Below the pieces are notes generated by a model. The model was given only the letters and a program-made list of their open reading frames with translations. It did not search any database and had not been told where the DNA came from. From contig CP133159.1 in NCBI GenBank assembly GCA_030913385.1, forward strand, positions 640,584-704,583: 64,000 bases of DNA, written 5' to 3'. This document shows positions 49,433-57,741 of this stretch, in pieces. Made by a program: the position numbers and the translations under genes. The DNA comes from Cytophagaceae bacterium ABcell3. GTDB taxonomy: Bacteria; Bacteroidota; Bacteroidia; Cytophagales; Cytophagaceae. Every line of letters begins with the position of its first letter. Position 1 is the stretch's first letter.

Positions 49433-49867
49433 ATGAAAGCCTTTTTCGCTTCCCTTCTTATACTTTTAATCATACCCTGCTCCCTCGGCTATGCACAGAA
49501 TGGTCAGTTACCTTTTGTTAAACCTACCAGAGATGCTCCCTATCGTGTCCGAAAAGAAGATGCTTATAAGCTTCAGGTTTCCCTTAAGGAAAAATATGAC
49601 AGCGGAAGGATTTCGGAGGATTCTGTTGGAAGAGTTTTTTCAGATTACCTTGTCAATAAACTCATTCCTTACTGGTACGGCACAAAGTGGGATTTTGAAG
49701 GACATACAGATGTACCTGGAAAAGGAGAAATAGCCTGTGGCTATTTTGTAAGTACGACCTTAAACCTGGATTATGGATTAGAATTTGTTATGAGGGGTAA
49801 AAGAACAAAAAATCATCGTATTTGGTTTGCAAAGCATAGTGGTTCTATGGTTAAAAACAGGCCTTGA
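49433..49867 (+). CDS. Secreted protein whose 3' end is replaced by MITE sequence
   Basis: Signal peptide MKAFFASLLILLIIPCSLGYAQ. The last ~35 codons (LNLDYGLEFVMRGKRTKNHRIWFAKHSGSMVKN) are encoded by MITE copy C. Confidence 0.5.
   Translation: MKAFFASLLILLIIPCSLGYAQNGQLPFVKPTRDAPYRVRKEDAYKLQVSLKEKYDSGRISEDSVGRVFSDYLVNKLIPYWYGTKWDFEGHTDVPGKGEIACGYFVSTTLNLDYGLEFVMRGKRTKNHRIWFAKHSGSMVKNRP
49762..49856 (+). repeat. MITE-like repeat, partial copy C (5' half)
   Basis: TTAAACCTGGATTATGGATTAGAATTTGTTATGAGGGGTAAAAGAACAAAAAATCATCGTATTTGGTTTGCAAAGCATAGTGGTTCTATGGTTAAAAAC. Confidence 0.8.
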
Positions 49868-49869
49868 CT

Positions 49870-49906
49870 TTTTTGCTTACTTTTTTTGTCCAAGAAAAAA
49901 AGTAAG
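49870..49906. terminator. A/T-rich 12-bp-stem hairpin
   Basis: CTTACTTTTTTTGTCCAAGAAAAAAAGTAAG. Confidence 0.4.
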
Positions 49907-49976
49907 GCCCTGCCGGCGAGGCAAAAAATAACTAAGCGAGCCTATGTAAGCTATTATAACATTGGGTAACCTTATT

Positions 49977-50678
49977 TCATTTTCCCCCTGTCCTTTTTTC
50001 CAGCACTTCTATTTTTCTGGTAAAGTGTTTTCTCAGTTCATCAACAAAGGAAAGCGGGTTTTTATAGGTAGCCATGACCGTATATAAATAAGAACTTTTC
50101 AGTTCTTTTATGCCTGAGGCTATAACCTGTTTTTTCTTTTCAAGGAACCCTCGTCTAAGTTCAGGGTCAATGTCAACTTTTGCCGAAGTGCCGCCTATGA
50201 AGGTAGAAGCAATTACCCTTTCATAAAACTTTATGAGCTCTTCAAGGTCTTCGTGCTTATAGATTCGGTTGAGTTCTGCGGTTAACTTTGTTGCAGTTTT
50301 TTCTGCATCCTGGCAACCCGTTTGAATCAGCTTATCTGGGTGTACCTGTCTTATTGCTTCTTTATAAATCCTTTTGAGCACCTTTTTCTCCTCCTCATTG
50401 AGAATGAATGTTGCCTTTTTGCTTGCTTTTTTATCGTTGGGCTGTGGGTTGTTTTGTTCTTGTTCAGGCTGTTCTGTTTTGGTTTGTTCTTGCTGTTTCT
50501 TGTAGATATTGGTAAGCTCCTGTACCCGTTCTATTTCTTTGTGCAAACGGTTATGGACTTCGTTTTCCAACGGGGCAAGTTGCTTTTGCACTTTTTTCAA
50601 CTCTTGTGTTAGCAGTGCTATTTCTTTTTGTAATGCTTGTATATGTTCGGGCGTGTTTGAGTTATGGGAGTGTTCCAT
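49977..50678 (-). CDS. J-domain protein with N-terminal coiled coil
   Basis: KKVLKRIYKEAIRQVHPDKL (HPD motif); 233 aa. Confidence 0.7.
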   Translation of the reverse strand: MEHSHNSNTPEHIQALQKEIALLTQELKKVQKQLAPLENEVHNRLHKEIERVQELTNIYKKQQEQTKTEQPEQEQNNPQPNDKKASKKATFILNEEEKKVLKRIYKEAIRQVHPDKLIQTGCQDAEKTATKLTAELNRIYKHEDLEELIKFYERVIASTFIGGTSAKVDIDPELRRGFLEKKKQVIASGIKELKSSYLYTVMATYKNPLSFVDELRKHFTRKIEVLEKRTGGK

Positions 50679-50681
50679 AGT

Positions 50682-51158
50682 TTAAATTTTTAGCGCATCC
50701 ACTTCACTTTCATAATCATATTGCAAATCTTCATGCAAGCCCGCTAAGGCTTTTTCAATGTTTTCAACCTGCCGTTGGTATAAGTTGAGCAGCACCTTAG
50801 AGTCTTGGAAGGGGAGATTCGTTTCCTGAAGCTTCTTGCAAAAGAATATCAGCAATTCCACTTCCGTTTCTTTTTTCCCGGAATATCGGATATATTTTTT
50901 GGTCATTTTCAGAACCTTTCTGATGGTTTTTTTCGCCAGGTAAAGTGAAGATTTGTTTACCTTGCTTAGTTCTGCCTCTATCTGCTCACTAACTGACTGA
51001 ATGAAAGCATGCTCATCGCCAGATTCAAATAAAAGGTAGCTGAGCAGTTCTTTATTTTCCTGCTTATAGCGGGCAAGCCTGATCAGTATTTTTTGCAGCT
51101 CTTCGGTAGGCAGTCCTGCCAATTCTTTTTTTATGGTAGTTAAAGTTGCGGTTTTCAA
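50682..51158 (-). CDS. Hypothetical protein, co-oriented with and adjacent to the J-domain gene
   Basis: 158-aa ORF ending 3 nt before the next gene. Confidence 0.4.
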   Translation of the reverse strand: MKTATLTTIKKELAGLPTEELQKILIRLARYKQENKELLSYLLFESGDEHAFIQSVSEQIEAELSKVNKSSLYLAKKTIRKVLKMTKKYIRYSGKKETEVELLIFFCKKLQETNLPFQDSKVLLNLYQRQVENIEKALAGLHEDLQYDYESEVDALKI

Positions 51159-51224
51159 ATTTTCTGCAATTTACCTTAAAGATAAGCCTTTCATGATTAA
51201 ATACCGGAATTGACATAGTTAACT

Positions 51225-51755
51225 TTAAGTATGGCTGCAGCAGGGTTTTTGGAAGTAATCTATGGGGTTGAGGTAGAAAGCCTTTTTCCAGCCTTGCCTG
51301 TCACTGTCTATCCGCCATGGGTAAGGAATAGGTGTAACTATAGAATAGTGTAGATGTGGAGCTTTCCCTCTAGCGTTTCCCGTAGTGCCGACAGTTCCTA
51401 GCAATGCCTTATGGCTTACAAAAGTGAACGGAGAAGTGCTTATTTCTTTCAGGTGTGCATAATAGTGCAGTCGCCATTTAGGACCAATGACAAACACTAC
51501 TTTTCCGCCCATTGGCACATCTCCGGCAAAGAGCACTAAGCCAGTGGTGGCAGAAAAAATTTCAGTGCCTTCTCTGGCAAAAATATCTACCCCCTTGTGC
51601 GTTACCGACTTTCCCCATGGGTAGTACCAGAATGATTGTGGATGATAGTCTGCTTTGGTTGCACCGGCTACGGGCATATGTAAGTGCTGGGGTATGGCCA
51701 GCCCTGCTATAATGATAATGAGCAGCGTTATTACAGCTTTTTTCTTTTTAGTCAT
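51225..51755 (-). CDS. M23 family (LytM-like) peptidase
   Basis: HKGVDIFAREGTEIFSATTG...GNARGKAPHLHYSIV; N-terminal TM MTKKKKAVITLLIIIIAGLAI. Confidence 0.75.
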   Translation of the reverse strand: MTKKKKAVITLLIIIIAGLAIPQHLHMPVAGATKADYHPQSFWYYPWGKSVTHKGVDIFAREGTEIFSATTGLVLFAGDVPMGGKVVFVIGPKWRLHYYAHLKEISTSPFTFVSHKALLGTVGTTGNARGKAPHLHYSIVTPIPYPWRIDSDRQGWKKAFYLNPIDYFQKPCCSHT

Positions 51756-52146
51756 TTTGTTATTAGTGCTGGCAGGTTTTATTTCGTCCGGATCATTTCT
51801 GTTTCCCCCGGTTTCTAAAATAAATGTTCGTTCCACTTGTATTCCGATCCTCTGCCTAAAGTTGTTTTGAATATAAGCATGATCCAGAGTAAAGAAAATA
51901 CTACAGGGAGAAAAACTAGTTTTAATCTAGGTCAGCAGCAGGTGTATGAAAAAGGTAGTGTTTTAAAAGGGCGTCATGATTTTTGTGATATATGGGCGTT
52001 AAACAGGGGGGATGAAGATCTTGTTCTTTGGTAGGGAGTAAATGCAGGCTTGAATAAAGGAGTGTCTACTGTGTAACATACGGTGTTTGGGAAAAACCAG
52101 CCCTGTATTACCAGGGCGGTTTTTGATGTATGTTCATATCTTGTGC

Positions 52147-52455
52147 TTATACAGTTTGGGGCACTTTCAGAATATACTCTTTGATCCTTTGTGCGTCTGA
52201 AGGCTTGAAGTTTACCAGTTTTACCTTTTGTCTTACCACATTATGTCCGAATACCGTCAGCAGCTCTCCGAAGGAAGAGTTAAGAAAAGATGAAGACATA
52301 GGTGTGCATCCACTTAAAGATAATCTGACGTCACTTCCTTGCCTTAATTCTTTTTCTATAGCTAAATAAAGCAAATGGCCATCAGCGTTAGTAGATGTGC
52401 CTTTGACTATATCGTAAAGGTTTATCTTTTTCATATGAATGGGCTTTATATTCAA
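52147..52455 (-). CDS. STAS-like small protein (DUF4325-like)
   Basis: About 100 aa; ...VRLSLSGCTPMSSSFLNSSFGEL... resembles my recollection of STAS-like DUF4325. Confidence 0.35.
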   Translation of the reverse strand: MNIKPIHMKKINLYDIVKGTSTNADGHLLYLAIEKELRQGSDVRLSLSGCTPMSSSFLNSSFGELLTVFGHNVVRQKVKLVNFKPSDAQRIKEYILKVPQTV

Positions 52456-52790
52456 ATTTACGAAAATTATAAATTAAATTCTATATCTGCTTATATTTCA
52501 GAAATATAGTAGGCCTTCAAGTACTCTGTTGTTGCGTATTCAATATGCTTTAAAACACTGGCTGAAATATTTTGGGTCAGAGTAACCAGTGTTATCTATT
52601 GCAAAGGTGCTTTATTTCTTATTGATTTATTGAGTTTTAGATTATATTTATGGTTAATTATATAAAGGCAGCTAGTATGAGAGATATGGTAAAACTGCCT
52701 GCTTTTGCAATGCATCTGAGTGCTGGTGTTTTGTCACGGGACAGGAGCCTTTTGCAAGCCGGATTTGATATTTACTTTAGAACAGTGATT

Positions 52791-53765
52791 ATGAAAGCTC
52801 AATTTTTAATATTATCAGCTATTTTTTTTGTGCTCCTTTCTTGTAAGAAGGAGCCAGAGGAAGAAGTGTCTCTGGAAGGGGATAAGGGTGTTTCTTTGTT
52901 TTTTTCTTCTAATAGGACAGGAAACTATGAGATTTATGTAAAAAAAGATGGTTCGTTAGTACAGGTAACAGATGATAAAAACCTGGACAGTTGGTGGCTC
53001 CGGGTTTCGCCGGATGGGAAAACCTTAATATGCTATCGTTCCCGTGCAATCAATAAAAACAATAACTATGAAGATGCAACCCTTTGGTCCATGAACCTCG
53101 ATGGCTCAGACGCTAAAAAACTAATTGCTTTGGACGACAATCAGTGGAAAGCCCAAGGAGTTGCCGACTGGTCTCCCGACGGCACCCAACTGGTAATGGC
53201 AGCAATAGAAGGCGCTTCCAATAGGTGGCATTTGTTTATAACAGATAGTAATGGTAAAAATGCTAAGAAAGTATCATCCAGAACAAGTATTTATCTTGAC
53301 CCGTCCTTTTCGCCTGATGGGTCAAAAATAGTGTTCTCCTCTTTTCCTCTCGGTTATAATGGTACAGACCTGGCAAAGCTTGAGATTTATACGATGAACA
53401 CAGATGGCTCTGAAGAGACAAGACTTACCTTTGACGACATAAGAGACCACGACCCTTATTGGGCCCCAGATGGAAAGGAAATTGCTTTTGAATCTGCGAT
53501 GGAGCCAGAATATCTTGATGTTGGCAAATGGGCATTGAGAAGCGTGGAGCCGGATGGTAGCAACTTAAGGGTTATTTTGCATGATGGACATATCAATACC
53601 GTTCCTCGCTGGAATAAAAGTTCAGAAGTCTTATATTTCCATAAATTAAATTTTGGGGCTCCAGGTTTCAGGATTTATAAAGTTAGTAAAGATGGCTCTG
53701 GCCTAAAGCAGCTTACATCAGGACCCGGTCACTATGATGATACAGATGTGGAAGTAGTGGATTGA
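52791..53765 (+). CDS. TolB-like PD40 beta-propeller lipoprotein
   Basis: MKAQFLILSAIFFVLLSCKK lipobox; repeated SPDGxxL/VF PD40 motifs. Confidence 0.7.
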   Translation: MKAQFLILSAIFFVLLSCKKEPEEEVSLEGDKGVSLFFSSNRTGNYEIYVKKDGSLVQVTDDKNLDSWWLRVSPDGKTLICYRSRAINKNNNYEDATLWSMNLDGSDAKKLIALDDNQWKAQGVADWSPDGTQLVMAAIEGASNRWHLFITDSNGKNAKKVSSRTSIYLDPSFSPDGSKIVFSSFPLGYNGTDLAKLEIYTMNTDGSEETRLTFDDIRDHDPYWAPDGKEIAFESAMEPEYLDVGKWALRSVEPDGSNLRVILHDGHINTVPRWNKSSEVLYFHKLNFGAPGFRIYKVSKDGSGLKQLTSGPGHYDDTDVEVVD

Positions 53766-53935
53766 AAGCCTGGGAAGTTTAAGGTCAAAATTGCAAAAGG
53801 GGGTTATGCCAGTTGCCTTGCGTATGCTTGCCCACGCTTTGCTTACAATTAAACACATAAAAATAACTTTATAGGCTATGGCAATATCATTATCTTTATG
53901 CGCTATGCATCGTTAGCAAATAATATATAATTGGC

Positions 53936-55045
53936 ATGATTACTTCTTTGGAAATAAAAGGTTATAAGTCGATAAAGGAAATGCGCTTGGAATTAAAACC
54001 AGTAAATGTTCTTATTGGCAGTAATGGATCTGGCAAAAGCAACTTTATTTCCTTTTTTAAGTTCCTTTCTGCAGTCTTCAAAGGCCAGTTGCAGAGGTTT
54101 ATTATAGAACACAAGACCGACAATATTTTATATTTTGGGAGAAAGACTACTGAAAGCCTTTTTGGCAGATTGGAGTTTTGCTACGGTAAGGTAAATACAT
54201 TTTCTTACTCATTTAGGCTTGACCAAGACAAGGAAGGTGGTTTGGTTATTCAAGAAGAGGGGGTCGGTTATAACCCTAGTGAAAGTCCCAAGAAGTGGTT
54301 TTATCACAGTCAAGCAGGATATGAAAGCAAAATTCAGAACGCGACATCTGTTAAAGATAGAACCCTCGTTTTTGACTATGTAAAGAATGTCCTCGTTTAT
54401 CATTTTCATGACACCTCTTCTACCTCCTATTTAAGAAGGAGTTGTGATATTACAGATAATAAAGTTTTAAAGCCAGATGGCAGAAACCTTCCAGCTTTTC
54501 TATACGACCTTAAGATAAAGCATCCTGTTATTTATAAGAGGATTATTAAAACTGTTCAATCTGTAGCGCCTTATATATATGATTTGATTCTTGAACCTGG
54601 TAGCGTCCCTGGGAAGGAGTCTGAAATTGAGTTGCGGTGGATTGATGCAAGCGATTTGGAGTCAAATTTTTCAGCGTATCAATTTTCCGATGGGACTTTG
54701 CGCTTTATTGCTTTAGCGACACTTTTGCTACAGCCGGATCCGCCTTCTGTAATCATTGTTGATGAGCCGGAACTTGGGCTGCATCCAATGGCTATTTCCA
54801 AACTTGCAGGTATGGTGCAATCTGCATCGGCCAAAGCGCAGGTAATCGTATCGACACAGTCTGTTAACTTGGTGGACTGTTTTGCTCCTGAAGACATTAT
54901 TACGGTAGATCGAGATGGAAAGGGCAAGCAGTCAATTTTTAATAGGTTAGATCCCCATGAGCTGGAAGACTGGCTTAAAGGACATTCTCTTGGCGAACTT
55001 TGGAGTAGGAACATTATTAACTCAGCCCAGCCTTTTACCAAATGA
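53936..55045 (+). CDS. AAA_21/ABC-type ATPase (OLD/RecF-like)
   Basis: Walker A LIGSNGSGKSNF, Q-loop, Walker B VIIVDEPELGLHP, and signature-like LAGMVQSASAKAQVIVSTQS. Confidence 0.8.
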   Translation: MITSLEIKGYKSIKEMRLELKPVNVLIGSNGSGKSNFISFFKFLSAVFKGQLQRFIIEHKTDNILYFGRKTTESLFGRLEFCYGKVNTFSYSFRLDQDKEGGLVIQEEGVGYNPSESPKKWFYHSQAGYESKIQNATSVKDRTLVFDYVKNVLVYHFHDTSSTSYLRRSCDITDNKVLKPDGRNLPAFLYDLKIKHPVIYKRIIKTVQSVAPYIYDLILEPGSVPGKESEIELRWIDASDLESNFSAYQFSDGTLRFIALATLLLQPDPPSVIIVDEPELGLHPMAISKLAGMVQSASAKAQVIVSTQSVNLVDCFAPEDIITVDRDGKGKQSIFNRLDPHELEDWLKGHSLGELWSRNIINSAQPFTK

Positions 55046-55698
55046 AACGTTTGATCATTATCGGAGAGGGGGCTACTGAGCAAGAATTTTGCAAGGGCGT
55101 GCTGGCGCCTTATTTTTATAGTAAGGGCATACGGATAGAAAATCCGAAAATAAGGGCTTCCCGAGGAGGAATAGTGCCTTGGCCAAAGTTAAAAGATGAG
55201 ATTGAGATTTATTTAAAAAACGACACTAATGCCTATGTTACTTTGCTCATAGATTATTATGGGCTTTATGACAAACACTATTTTCCTTGTTGGGAAGAAG
55301 CGCATAAGGAAGCAACGAAGGCAGAATGCGTGTCTGTCATAGAATTAGGCATGAAAGAGGAGGTGAACAAGAAGCTTAGCGATCGTTTTATACCATATAT
55401 TCAACTACACGAGCTAGAAGCGCTAATTTTTAGTGACCCTTCAGTGGTTTTAAGTAATTTTGAGGAAAGCGAGTTTAAAAATATTGAATATTTAGACGCG
55501 ACACTAAAGGAGTTCCCCAACCCCGAGGATATCAACAACAATAAACAAACTGCACCTTCCAAACGTCTAGAAAGGATTTTTAGGAATTATAGGAAAGTAG
55601 TTTTCGGTAGCTTGCTGCTTGAAGAAATAGGCCTTCCAAAGATTAGGAAGAAATGCCCACGTTTTAATGCTTGGATTCAGGAGTTGGAAAGTATTTGA
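55042..55698 (+). CDS. DUF4276-like protein with TOPRIM-like N-terminal motif
   Basis: MKRLIIIGEGATEQEF resembles the TOPRIM EG..E loop. It overlaps the ATPase gene by ATGA. Confidence 0.6.
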   Translation: MKRLIIIGEGATEQEFCKGVLAPYFYSKGIRIENPKIRASRGGIVPWPKLKDEIEIYLKNDTNAYVTLLIDYYGLYDKHYFPCWEEAHKEATKAECVSVIELGMKEEVNKKLSDRFIPYIQLHELEALIFSDPSVVLSNFEESEFKNIEYLDATLKEFPNPEDINNNKQTAPSKRLERIFRNYRKVVFGSLLLEEIGLPKIRKKCPRFNAWIQELESI

Positions 55699-55741
55699 AG
55701 ATGCCTTAAGTGTTATTAGCCGACAGACAGGTGGTAAGCGG

Positions 55742-56011
55742 CTACGCTGTATAACTACCATTAATCATATCCCATATAAACTGTCTTCCTTGGGCAGTTT
55801 TAAGCTGTTTTTCTCTTTCCAAGGCTTCTTGCTTGGTTTGAAAAGCTTCTTTGTAAAATAAAATCCATGGACGATATCTGATTGTCCAGCCTTTAGTGGC
55901 ATGTTCATTATGTGAATTTACAATTTCTTTAAGGTTGGATGTGCTGCCAATGTATATTTTTTGGTATTGCGGAGAATATAAGACGTAGGTGTGGTACATG
56001 ATAGCAAGCAA
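55742..56011 (-). CDS. GIY-YIG domain protein
   Basis: YVLYSPQYQKIYIGSTSNLKEIVNSHN. Confidence 0.75.
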   Translation of the reverse strand: MLAIMYHTYVLYSPQYQKIYIGSTSNLKEIVNSHNEHATKGWTIRYRPWILFYKEAFQTKQEALEREKQLKTAQGRQFIWDMINGSYTA

Positions 56012-56185
56012 GTTATGGTTTTTTTAAAAAAATAGAACCAAAATCATTGACTTCTGTTACATATATACTACCTTTGTAATCCCAAACGCAAAGAGAGAGA
56101 AAGAAAAAAGAAGTTGAAAGGTTTGGGAAAAGCTTATCCGGAGTTATGACCGAACTCTTGACAGAGAAAAAGCAAAATACCACAT

Positions 56186-56258
<73 letters not shown>

Positions 56259-56266
56259 CTAGAGAG

Positions 56267-56298
56267 AAGCCTCAGAGAAATCTGAGGCTTTTGTATTT
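56267..56298 (+). terminator. Rho-independent terminator after the tRNA
   Basis: AAGCCTCAGAGAAATCTGAGGCTTTTGTATTTT. Confidence 0.8.
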
Positions 56299-56467
56299 TA
56301 AAGGGCTCTATCTTTGGCTATAAGGCTTAATTTTTTGTTGCCGGCTATATTGTGCCTATTTTTCGTTTTAATTGAGAAAAATAATTATCAGGGATTTGAA
56401 AATAAAGATATAGTTTTGTTCTTTAGAGTTAAATTTTATAATATTGTTTTCGTTCAACAGCTATTGA

Positions 56468-57010
56468 ATGAAAAGGGAAATAATAAACGGAAAGACTAGT
56501 ATTCAGGGTTTTCATACTCAAGAAAATAGGCCTTACGCATTAACAGCTCCAGTAAAATGTGTAGATAGTAAAGCATGGTTAGGGTCAGGCTATTATTTTT
56601 GGACAGACGAAACCTTTGCAAGATATTGGGGTATAGATTATAAAATGAAAACTGGCAGCTATGATATTTATACTGGCTATATTGAAGAAAACAACTTGCT
56701 TAATACCACCTTTTGTGAAGAAGATTATTTTTTTCTAAAAAATAACATTGAAAAGGCTATTAAAAGAATTAAAAAAATCCCAAAAGAAGTAAACTTAAAA
56801 CAAGTACATCGTTTTCTGCAAAAAGAAGTCTGGGGGAAACTTGGAATTAAAGGTATAATTTATGATGACCTCCCTCACAATAGTTATAAAAAAAATAGAA
56901 CATATTCACTGCTAGATCCCTTATATTATAATAAGCGTATACAGATAGTAGTTTTTACTCTTGATTGTGTTAACAATTTTGAAGAATATTTAATTGAACA
57001 AACCTCCTGA
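56468..57010 (+). CDS. Hypothetical 180-aa protein (first gene of the SecB-like trio; toxin candidate)
   Basis: No motif I recognise; overlaps the next gene. Confidence 0.4.
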   Translation: MKREIINGKTSIQGFHTQENRPYALTAPVKCVDSKAWLGSGYYFWTDETFARYWGIDYKMKTGSYDIYTGYIEENNLLNTTFCEEDYFFLKNNIEKAIKRIKKIPKEVNLKQVHRFLQKEVWGKLGIKGIIYDDLPHNSYKKNRTYSLLDPLYYNKRIQIVVFTLDCVNNFEEYLIEQTS

Positions 57011-57251
57011 TAATATGAAAACAAAATCAAAATTTGACCTAAATGAGATGCAAAGGAAGTTTGACAAAATTCTTGATTCTTTTAGTGATGAGGATTTGGT
57101 TGAGTGGTTTGAATTAGATGAAGAAGAGCAGTTGGAGAATTTATTAAAAGGAAAAACTATAACTTTGTCTTCTTGTAAAAGATGCGGTGGCTCTTTCGCT
57201 GAAGAAATTGAGCACACCATAGGCAATGATCATTCTCCTTTAGCAGCATGA
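56994..57251 (+). CDS. Small acidic protein with CxxC...HxxxxxH (antitoxin candidate)
   Basis: An 85-aa ORF; SSCKRCGGSFAEEIEHTIGNDH. Overlaps both neighbours. Confidence 0.4.
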   Translation: MNKPPDNMKTKSKFDLNEMQRKFDKILDSFSDEDLVEWFELDEEEQLENLLKGKTITLSSCKRCGGSFAEEIEHTIGNDHSPLAA

Positions 57252-57670
57252 CAAAGTATACAGCAGAAGAACAGCCTAAGATTCGCTTAAAGCGGTTCAA
57301 TGTTATTAATATAAAATTTAACATTGAAGAAGCCGAATGGGGCAACAGGGATGTTTTTAATAGTTCTGAATACTCGGTAAGCTTTAAATTGCTTGATAGA
57401 GAAAAAGATTTTTTTGATATTGTTTTTGACATAACTCTTAAAGGCGAAAATAGAGCTTTTCTTCTTGAAACATCATTTTTAGCATCCTTTGAGAGCAAAG
57501 GAGTAGAAGTTAACGACAAATATTTAGAAAGCCCACTTATAAAACATAATGCCCCTGCAATTGTTTTTCCTTTTATAAGGGCATTTCTTTCTACTATTAT
57601 GTTGAATGCTGGTTATAATCCGATAATTTTGCCTTCATTTAATTTTCATAGTCAGAAAGAAATAAAGTGA
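57248..57670 (+). CDS. SecB-like chaperone
   Basis: HNAPAIVFPFIRAFLSTIMLNAGYNPIILPSFNF parallels E. coli SecB [34 protein letters not shown]. Confidence 0.6.
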   Translation: MTKYTAEEQPKIRLKRFNVINIKFNIEEAEWGNRDVFNSSEYSVSFKLLDREKDFFDIVFDITLKGENRAFLLETSFLASFESKGVEVNDKYLESPLIKHNAPAIVFPFIRAFLSTIMLNAGYNPIILPSFNFHSQKEIK

Positions 57671-57741
57671 GTTTTTAGTATGCGCAGTTTCGTGGAATAT
57701 CCGGAGAGTCTGATATGCCAGAAGGGAAAGTATTTATAAAA

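Noticed and set aside
57248-57670. Housekeeping SecB export chaperone
   Set aside because: Context argues against it: overlapping operon with two small unknown genes inside a defence island, plus a lineage that typically lacks SecB. Treated as a TAC-type chaperone instead.
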